From Coraliomargaritaceae bacterium (GTDB lineage Bacteria; Verrucomicrobiota; Verrucomicrobiia; Opitutales; Coraliomargaritaceae): a stretch of 64,000 nucleotides of DNA. The notes under the pieces were generated by a model. The model ran no database searches. It was not told the origin of the DNA and saw only the letters and a program-made list of their open reading frames with translations. Below, piece after piece: positions 43,052 to 51,400 of the stretch (positions are counted from its first letter, which is position 1; each line of letters begins with the position of its first letter). The position numbers and the translations under genes are program-made. The DNA is taken from assembly GCA_965659965.1 (NCBI GenBank), contig CBFHXZ010000001.1, forward strand, positions 9,049 to 73,048, read 5' to 3'.

Positions 43052-43465
43052 TTATTTATCGCTCTGGAAACTGGCAAAAATAACATTGGGTACCCCACCG
43101 GCTGCGGCGGCGGCAAAGAGCTTGCGAACCTCCTTGAAGGGTACACGGGCATCCGCGCGAATGTAGACCTTGATTTTCGGGCTGTCCTCGCGTGCCTGTT
43201 GTACGTAAGCGGTCATGTCTTCAACCGCGATAGGCTGGGATCCAAAAAAGAGGGAACCGTCGTTTTGAATAGTAACAACCACCCGTGAACTACGGTCCTC
43301 TGGGATGACGGCGTTGGCGGCAATAGGAACGTCAATTTCGACCAATTCCTGCACCTGCATTTTCGCCACAGTCATAAAAAAGACGATCAGCAAAAAGACG
43401 ATATCGATCATCGGAGTGAGATCGGGAAGGTCGTTCGCGGTATCGTTCTGTCTGGCTGGTTTCAC
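43052..43465 (-). CDS. exbD: biopolymer transport protein ExbD/TolR
   Basis: 137 aa. DLTPMIDIVFLLIVFFM, a second ExbD paralog, 5 nt upstream of the next gene. Confidence 0.85.
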   Translation of the reverse strand: MKPARQNDTANDLPDLTPMIDIVFLLIVFFMTVAKMQVQELVEIDVPIAANAVIPEDRSSRVVVTIQNDGSLFFGSQPIAVEDMTAYVQQAREDSPKIKVYIRADARVPFKEVRKLFAAAAAGGVPNVIFASFQSDK

Positions 43466-43510
43466 GCGTGGGAAAAATTCAACAGGGCCGGTGCTTCAGG
43501 AAATATAGGC

Positions 43511-44281
43511 TCAGTTGTTCTCCTTGTGGAGCATACCCTGTTTGGCCATCAGACGGGTCATGGTGCCCAGGGCTTCATAAACTCCTGAGGAGGCAGTGAG
43601 GTATTTGTTCTTAAAATAGAAATACGCCATCAGGGCGGGAATGGCGATAAGGAGCCCGCTGGCGGTCGTGACAAGCGCCTCGGAAATATTGTTGGCGAGC
43701 AACTCGGGTTTACCGAGTCCTTGCGAAGCGATGTTACGGAAGGCTTTCACCATTCCGCTGACGGTTCCGAGCAGTCCCATCATGGGAGAGATGGAGGCGA
43801 TCACTTGCAGGTATTGCACAAAGACCAGGGGTTTCGCCAATATTTTACCCGCGCGTTCCTCCATCGCTTCGTTTACGGCGGCAACGGAACAATGCCCCTC
43901 TTCGATGGTATTGAATGCAATCGCAAGAATTTCGGTCATATAACCTTCTTGCTCGCGACAAGCCTTGAGACCCTTTTCAGGATCGCCGCTCTCGATTGCC
44001 TGTTTCAGGGCGTCAACCGCCTCCGGTTGGGTAAAGCGCGATTCTTTAATCAAGAGAGCGCAGTAGACCGCGAGTCCAACCAGAGCGACGGAGAATGCGA
44101 GGAGGGGATACATGGCCCAACCTCCCTGTTGAAAGAGCGTCCATAGGGTTACGGAAGTCTCGCTGGTTTCGGGAACCGTAGATGCGTTCTCCTGTGCGTT
44201 AAGAGTGGCGGCAGTTCCAAGAAGAAGTAACGCGAAGCGCGTCCACAAGGTGCCGGTGGCTTGATAGTTCAGTGCAGTCAT
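43511..44281 (-). CDS. exbB: MotA/TolQ/ExbB proton-channel protein
   Basis: 256 aa with an N-terminal signal-like segment and three TM helices. Contains MMGLLGTVSGMVKAF and ALVTTASGLLIAIPA motifs. Confidence 0.85.
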   Translation of the reverse strand: MTALNYQATGTLWTRFALLLLGTAATLNAQENASTVPETSETSVTLWTLFQQGGWAMYPLLAFSVALVGLAVYCALLIKESRFTQPEAVDALKQAIESGDPEKGLKACREQEGYMTEILAIAFNTIEEGHCSVAAVNEAMEERAGKILAKPLVFVQYLQVIASISPMMGLLGTVSGMVKAFRNIASQGLGKPELLANNISEALVTTASGLLIAIPALMAYFYFKNKYLTASSGVYEALGTMTRLMAKQGMLHKENN

Positions 44282-44296
44282 AATTGAGGAGCTTTA

Positions 44297-45382
44297 TTAT
44301 TTTGGTGATGAATGATTTCGAGACTTTTCGCAGCCCCATTGGCTGGCGGGAAACATAATGGAGACTTCCTGGTGCGCCTGAGTGGCAGCGTCCGGCATTT
44401 CCATTTTTTCATAAAGTAAGGCGAGGGTATGCAGCAATTCAGGGTACCATGGGTCCGTGGCGGCGGCATGGGTCTTGCCCCGCGCCGCGGCCCGCATGGC
44501 AGCCGGATACTCCCCTTGTCGTAATTTCCAGCGGGCATCGATTAATTCCCGAAGGGAGAAGTAAGGTTCGTTGATCTGGATTTTCGGCAAATCCTGCAGG
44601 ATGGATTGGAGCGATTCCGAATCCACGAGATAAAATCCACAATACGCAGCCCATAACCAGGCGGCCAATTGATGCGCGGATTTCTCCCCACTGACTTTGT
44701 GGTACATATCAAAGGCCTTTTGATATTCACCGATCTCGCGCCAGGAATCCCCAAGTGACAATAGCACCTCAAGCCGGGCAGGCCCACCACCCTCCATCGA
44801 AAGGAAGGAGCGGTGAATTGATTCCAATTCTGTTGTGGCCTGTACACGGTGGAGCGAAAGCGCGCTTCGGCCAATTTCATCCAGAATTGCAGGCGGAACC
44901 TCACGCATGGGCAGCGCGGTGACCAAAGCGGCCAAACGCTTCCAGTTTCCCGTGCCCCGCAGGGCCTCAAAATAGGCCCGCACGGTGGAAACGTAGTTCC
45001 CGGGCAAATGACTCAAGCCCATATATTTCAAGAAAGGGCGTGCTTCCGGCTCAATAAGCGGCAACGCCTGAAGCGGTTGATCGTTGTTTAGTTTTTTAAG
45101 GCCATCGTAGAATGCATCACTCAGCAGGAAATTGAGCATAACCTTCTCTTTTTCGAGGGTATCAAAATCAAGGTAAGCCCGTCCCCCAAAATCAGTGCCC
45201 TTTGGCCGGAAAACCAGTGAACGACTTTCCAATCCTGTCAGTATGACCGAGTCCGTCTGCATGGGGTATCGAAGTTCAACGGGAAGCTCCGCCGCGCCGA
45301 GCGGTCCTGCGCAACACGGGGCAAGCGCAAGCACACAGAGGCGTGGAATCATTTTTATCAGCAGTGGCGGCATGAGGTTCAT
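44297..45382 (-). CDS. hypothetical exported helical-repeat (TPR-like) protein
   Basis: Signal peptide (MIPRLCVLALAPCCAGPLGA), alpha-helical repeat character, and a 4-nt overlap with the upstream TPR gene. No TonB signature seen. Confidence 0.5.
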   Translation of the reverse strand: MNLMPPLLIKMIPRLCVLALAPCCAGPLGAAELPVELRYPMQTDSVILTGLESRSLVFRPKGTDFGGRAYLDFDTLEKEKVMLNFLLSDAFYDGLKKLNNDQPLQALPLIEPEARPFLKYMGLSHLPGNYVSTVRAYFEALRGTGNWKRLAALVTALPMREVPPAILDEIGRSALSLHRVQATTELESIHRSFLSMEGGGPARLEVLLSLGDSWREIGEYQKAFDMYHKVSGEKSAHQLAAWLWAAYCGFYLVDSESLQSILQDLPKIQINEPYFSLRELIDARWKLRQGEYPAAMRAAARGKTHAAATDPWYPELLHTLALLYEKMEMPDAATQAHQEVSIMFPASQWGCEKSRNHSSPK

Positions 45383-48300
45383 GGGGTCAACCGTTTGCGG
45401 CGGATAGCATCATAGTATGGAGAGGCCTTTGAAGTGGGCAGGTCGAGGAAATATTGATAGGTTCGCTGTGCGGAATCAGAATCCCCCATCGCTTCGAGCA
45501 AATCCGCACTGGCCAGGACGGCCTTGCCCGACCACTCGGGGTAGGCGGAGAATGCAAGATAGGTGCGCTCATAAAAACCCTGTGCTTTGGCGAGATCCTC
45601 CAATTGGGCAAAACATTCGCCCATTTTAAAGCTTGCCTCGGCCCAAGCCTCGCCGCGCCATTCCCGTTGGTTAAGCACCATTGCATAGGCCTCCACCGCT
45701 TCTTGCAACCGCTCGGTCTGGCGCAAGGCATCACCGCGCAGGATCGCCGACCGCCGGGCATAAACAGAAGTAAAGTGTTCCTCCAGCACACGGTTGTGAT
45801 ACGCTTGGGCAGCTTCGTGATTGTGGCGTTGGGATTCCAATGCTCCCAATAGAAAAAGACCCTCTGCAGCAGCAACGCTATCCGGCACTCCGGAAACCAG
45901 TTCCGTGAGAATTGTAATCGCACGCTCCGCATCTTCCTCCGCGATCAAACGAGCAATCCAGACCTTGGAGGCAGGGCTTGCAGACTCGACCCAGTCAGCC
46001 GTGAATTGCCCTGTTTCAACTGCCTCACCGTCACGCTGGTTCAGCACCCGAAGGAGACGCAAAGCAAGGGTTTCCTGTCCCGCCGCCACCGCAGCAGCAT
46101 ACATCGCTCTAAAAACCCAGGCAGGTTTTTCAGGGGGTAGTTTCGCAAGCCGTGCCTGGTTACGCGCAAGCAACTCACCCAGCGCAGGGTAGTCCTCAAG
46201 GCTCAACGCGCGTCCATCGGTCGTCGCAACTGCGGCATCGGTATGCGCTGCCAACTCTCCGTACAGGGGATGGCGCATTGTGAGCAATTCCTTAATACCG
46301 GAATCAATGGCTTCGTGTTGCTGGAAATAACTTATTTGTGCAATGCGATCATAGAGCATGCGCGCACGAAAAGACTCATCACCCAACAAGGCCTCAATGA
46401 ATGTTGCCGTTTCTGCCGCCCCCGCGCGTATTGCCGAATCCTGCTCCCACCAAGAATCAATAACCACATCCACGTCGTCCGATTTCGAGTCATTCCCAAA
46501 ACGCTCAATCCCGTCGCGGTAGCGCGCAAAGGCCTCGGGCACCCTACCCTGGTCCAATGCAGCCTCAGCCATCCGCATAATGGCCTCGGCACAGGATGCC
46601 GACTCCGGGTATTTGTTAAGAAATTCCTCCAGAATCCCGTCATGTTCCGCATGACGCTTATTCGCAAGCAAGAGTGCCGCCGATTCAAAATAGGCGTGCT
46701 TGATCATAGCCAAGGCACCTCCATGGGTTTCCACCAGGCGATAATGCATGAGTGCACGCTCCACCCGGGCATCCATCGCATCAAGATCCCCCATAAATAC
46801 ATACGCCTCCGGAACAAGCGGGTGCCCGGATGAATCAGACAACCAGGACTCAAAGACCTCGCGGGCCTCTGCGTATTGACCCAATCCAAAATGCGCAACC
46901 CCCCGGCGGAAACTCGCCTCTTTGAAATATACACTCCCCGGATAATTCGCCAGCAAGGTGTTGAAGGCACTCAGGGCAGATTCAAAATCCCCGCTAAAAA
47001 GGTAGGCCATCCCAATCCAGTAACTGGCGCTGTCGATGAATGCACCATCAGGATATTCCGCGACCCAAAACGAGAAATCTTCGATGATGCGATCGACCAT
47101 CCCCTTCTTGAGGAGCGCCTGACCCAGGTAATGGCTCATTTGAGCCGCGACGGGTTCAAATGGAAAACGGTGCAGGAAATCATCCGCCAGTATCGAGAGT
47201 TTTTCGACTGCTTCAAAACGAGCATAGAGACCGGCGAGTCGCACCGCCAACGGTTTCTCAAAAAGCAGGTAGGACGGCTCAGCAAGGTAGTATTCTCCGT
47301 GGCCCATCGCCTCACTCAAATAATCACAGGCAATACCCTGAGTGAAGGCAGCGTAACGGAATTGCTCAATTTGCCGATGCTGCGGGTAGTTATCGACCAA
47401 TCGCTGAAAGCCAAAATAGGCCTCATACTTACGCTCCATTAATTGCAGGACCCGAGCCTGCCGCCAACGCAAATTGGCGGTATATTTTGGCGCCTCCATT
47501 AATTTCATGCGCTGTTCACGCAGGGCTTCCAGTTCAGCAAACTGTGCTTTTGACGCATCCCCCGAAGACCGGTTGCGGAATGCCCACTCCTCGAGTTCAA
47601 TGAGGCGATCCTCCACCACCTTGAGCAATCGCTCCACCGGCAAAACCATGGAAAATAAAAAACCCGCCTCAAGATAACGCTCCTCATCTTCAAATTTATC
47701 ACCGGTATGTAACAGGCGTAGATTTACCCCAATGTCATATCGAAAATCGCGGTCGGCATTGATCGCGGTCACCAGTTTCAAGAGTTCCGTGATATTATCC
47801 TCCTCAAGGGATTGATCAAAAAGACTGTTCAGGCAAAAGAGACGCACGGCATAGGGATAGCTCCCGCCAAGGAAATTCCATAGTGGTTCATTCGCCTCCG
47901 CAATCCGGTTACTTTCACGTGCCGCATGCACCATGCGCTGAAGCAAGCCTAGCAAATCCTCCTCCTTGATCTGGGCATGGTAAACTTGGGTCGAGTAGAG
48001 ATACCCCTCCATCGCCGCTTCCCATTGCTCACCCGCAAATAAACTATCCGCCCGATTCAGTACCGCCAGCGGGTGCCGCTTGTCACTCAGGAATTCTGCA
48101 ATGAATTCCTCCCAATACGGCACTCCCTTGAGTAGTGTTTCCTTATTTCCGTTCTGCTCAAACCAGCGCATATGCGCGAGCCCCAGACGGTAAAGGTTCT
48201 CGCGGTAAATGCCGCGGTATTCCTCACTCATCGCGTTGGTCAGGCGCGTCCTTATCTCAACCATAAAGGGTATCACGGCAGCTGGCTGCGTCTCGTAAAG

Positions 48301-48450
48301 CGTATCCACCTGAGCCGCGAGATCCTCCAGGGTTAAATCTGGAAAATTCTCCACCTGCGCTTCCCCAAAAAGCAAGGGCGCGGGTGTGATGAGGCAGAGC
48401 GTAAGAGCAACCAAGCACGAAAAACGAATCAACTGCCCTTTCACCATCAT
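45379..48450 (-). CDS. large exported tetratricopeptide-repeat protein
   Basis: 1023 aa with a signal peptide and many W/Y-x-A-x-F/Y-x-G-type TPR units (e.g. AAQAYHNRVLEEH, EASFKMGECFAQLEDLAKAQGFYERT). It has 4-nt overlaps with both neighbours. Confidence 0.7.
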   Translation of the reverse strand: MMVKGQLIRFSCLVALTLCLITPAPLLFGEAQVENFPDLTLEDLAAQVDTLYETQPAAVIPFMVEIRTRLTNAMSEEYRGIYRENLYRLGLAHMRWFEQNGNKETLLKGVPYWEEFIAEFLSDKRHPLAVLNRADSLFAGEQWEAAMEGYLYSTQVYHAQIKEEDLLGLLQRMVHAARESNRIAEANEPLWNFLGGSYPYAVRLFCLNSLFDQSLEEDNITELLKLVTAINADRDFRYDIGVNLRLLHTGDKFEDEERYLEAGFLFSMVLPVERLLKVVEDRLIELEEWAFRNRSSGDASKAQFAELEALREQRMKLMEAPKYTANLRWRQARVLQLMERKYEAYFGFQRLVDNYPQHRQIEQFRYAAFTQGIACDYLSEAMGHGEYYLAEPSYLLFEKPLAVRLAGLYARFEAVEKLSILADDFLHRFPFEPVAAQMSHYLGQALLKKGMVDRIIEDFSFWVAEYPDGAFIDSASYWIGMAYLFSGDFESALSAFNTLLANYPGSVYFKEASFRRGVAHFGLGQYAEAREVFESWLSDSSGHPLVPEAYVFMGDLDAMDARVERALMHYRLVETHGGALAMIKHAYFESAALLLANKRHAEHDGILEEFLNKYPESASCAEAIMRMAEAALDQGRVPEAFARYRDGIERFGNDSKSDDVDVVIDSWWEQDSAIRAGAAETATFIEALLGDESFRARMLYDRIAQISYFQQHEAIDSGIKELLTMRHPLYGELAAHTDAAVATTDGRALSLEDYPALGELLARNQARLAKLPPEKPAWVFRAMYAAAVAAGQETLALRLLRVLNQRDGEAVETGQFTADWVESASPASKVWIARLIAEEDAERAITILTELVSGVPDSVAAAEGLFLLGALESQRHNHEAAQAYHNRVLEEHFTSVYARRSAILRGDALRQTERLQEAVEAYAMVLNQREWRGEAWAEASFKMGECFAQLEDLAKAQGFYERTYLAFSAYPEWSGKAVLASADLLEAMGDSDSAQRTYQYFLDLPTSKASPYYDAIRRKRLTP

Positions 48451-51400
48451 GGATTTTGTAATATGAGCAGTGCCGAAGATTGTGGTTCTAGTTTCAAGCG
48501 AACCTTACCTTCACGAACTTTAAGGCGGTTACTACCAAGGACGTCCTGCAATTCCCCGCTTTGTATTTCAGGACCCAAATCCAATTCCATGACCGCGTCC
48601 CGATCGCTGCGGTTAAAGGCCACCAGCGCGCGATTCGAGCCATGAGCACGAAGGTAGGCATACGCCGTATCATTAGCGACAAGCGTGCGGCGGCTCCCCA
48701 TATACAAGGCAGGATTCGAGCGCCGTGCCTGCGCCAATTTTGAGAAATGATCCCGAACGGAAAGCTCCGCGATGGTGACTTCGCCATCAAAACGCATCCT
48801 GCGCCGGTTGTCGGGATCCCCTGCTCCCGTCATACCTATTTCATCACCATAATACAGCATAGGTACCCCGTCGATCGACATAAGGAAAGTCATTGCCAGC
48901 TTTAATTTCCTGAAGGCTGCCGGGTCGTCCACCCGAAGCGTTTTACTCCAACCCACCTCTTCCTCATCCGCTTCATCCGAGTCCGGCAAATCTCCATCCG
49001 CATAAGCCATGAAACGCGGCTTGTCATGATTGCCGAACAAGGGCGACATACGGGTGCTGCGACCATAAGCCGCCTCCGATTCACGCAAGGCCGCCTCCAA
49101 TTTAACAAAGCCCGCAGTATCAAGCGCAAAGCATTCCATCAGGGTGTCGTACAGCGGAAAATCAAATTGCCCATCCAGCATATTGGGCCCCACAAAAGCC
49201 GAAATACCTTCCCTGCTTTGAAAGGTCTCCCCGACAAAATAATGACGCGCACCCGGGAAGCTATCCCGCATATGTGTACGGAAGCGCCACCAAAAATCAG
49301 GGCGTATATGCTTCACCGCATCGAGGCGGTAACCGTCCAAACCAAAGCTGCTAATCCAGTATGCCGCATCCTCAAGTAGGAAATCCACCGTCTCGGGATT
49401 TCGAAAATCAAAAGCGGGAAGGAAGGGTTCAAACCACGTAGTAAACGGATTATCATCCCAGCGCCGCAAATTCCGTGTACCATCGCTGAGCTCTAATTCC
49501 CCAAATAATTCCGGTCGCTCTGTTCGGATGGGGTTTTCAATGTGCACGTGTTTGAGCACCAAATCCGCGAGAATCTTGACCTCTCTCTCATGCGCGGCAT
49601 CCACGAGTGCACGCAGGGCTGCCTCGCCCCCAAAACGCGGCTCAACCGCATAGCGGCGAATGGGCCAGTAACCGTGGTAACCGGTGTAGGAACGAAACGG
49701 CGGCAGGTATTCCTGCCAGGCACCCGCAGGGTTTTGATTCAGCGGCGCGAGCCAAATAACATTCACCCCCAGTGATTCAAAGTAGCCCGCCTCAAGCGCT
49801 TGCAGCACGCCCTCAAAATCACCTCCGTGATAATTCGCCACCGGATCAACTTCGGGGTCTTCCACCCGAGCAGTATTGGCAGGATTCCCATCTTTAAAAC
49901 GATCGGTAAAGGCATAATAAATGATGTCGTCACGCCAGTTGTCCTTTGGCGGTTTTCCTGCAAACGCAATCGCCGGCCATCCAACCCTACCGTCCGCACC
50001 AACCGTGATCACCCGAACCAAAGTTCCCGTGGGTACCAAGCCCTTGTAAGCAACACGCAGGGCATGTTTATCCAACTCCACCGGCAAGGAAACACACCCG
50101 CCCTTTTCAAGAAGGCCTTCAGCATAGGCGCTTTGAATTTCCTGATTCGCACGCAACTTAATGGCGGCGCGATCCAGCTGCTCCACATATAAGGTCAGTT
50201 GTTCCTTTTCCCCGGTCGCACCGGAAGCCTGCATCAAGCTGTTGAAACCACCATGTCCGTCCGCTTCCTGTGATGGATTTCCCGGGTCCGGCATCCAGTT
50301 TCCGTCGACCACATATTTATACCGAATGCTCGGTTCCTTAATTGCTTTATCGAGCTGCCAACCCTCCTTTGTGCGCTGCAATAAATCCGCCGCTGCATTC
50401 CACCCATTGAAATCCCCAACCAAAGCGACCGAGTTCGCCTCATGATAGCCTTTTAATTCGAAGGTCAAACGTGCTACCACATCAATAGCGACCGGAATGG
50501 AACTCTCAATCACGGGCTCTCCCGCACGGGTTGGCACGAGCCGCAAGGGCAACACCCGCAAGCCCAAAGCATTACTGTCCACCCGTAGATTCAAGCGATG
50601 GTTCAGCGAATCCAACTCTGCATTTATACCATCAACTTTCCCAACCGCAAAACGATGGTACTCGCCGGGGTTTCCGTATCGGCGCAAATCGATGCTGTGG
50701 CTTGCGCCCGCTTCCAATCGAATCAAAGGCGAAGCACCGAGATATGCCTGCCCCGCCGGAAGCATCGCCCCCACCCTTATCCCCGCGGGTTGCGCCTCCA
50801 CCAAACTCAACTTGAGGTAGGCCGACGAATGCGACCCTATGCTTTCCAAATATAGCCCTTCGCGCCCCACGTAATCCGCTGGCCAAGCGACCGACTCCCC
50901 ATCATTACCCCTGAGGCGTTCCTCCATCACGATCCAGCCCGATCCCCCTTCATTAATGCCCAGGCTAGACAATGCCGCTTCGGGGAGGCGAATCCGAACA
51001 TGACGCATATCCGCTTTGGGATGAAAATTACTGGCTACCAAGTAATGCGAGTCTGCGGTCGGATCACTCCGCAAATATGCGTGCAGCCAATGCCCCGACG
51101 GGCCCACATCCTCGATTTTCCCGTAGAAGGGATTGTCCTGATTCGCCTCATTCAAGAGAATGGTATTTCCCGTCGTAAAAGCACGCTCCCCAAGCAAACC
51201 TAGCAAACCCACGTACCAGGCGCGCAAATCCCTCTGCTCCGACGATAGCCCCGCTCCGTCAGCAGCACCTTCGTTCCACCATTTGTTCAACTCCGACAAC
51301 GACCAATAATCAAAAATCGAAGTGCGCTCATCGTCCCCGCCAAACCCTTCACGACCCAGCGCAGGCTCACCCACTTTTTGTCCGTGGTAAACCATCACCG

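Noticed and set aside
41673-48450. A hidden TonB among the hypothetical genes of the exbBD cluster
   Set aside because: I looked for an N-terminal anchor followed by a Pro-rich (PE/PK) spacer and a C-terminal ~90-aa TonB domain in the 281-aa, 361-aa and 1023-aa products. None shows this layout by eye. This negative call still needs an HMM check (see finding 1).
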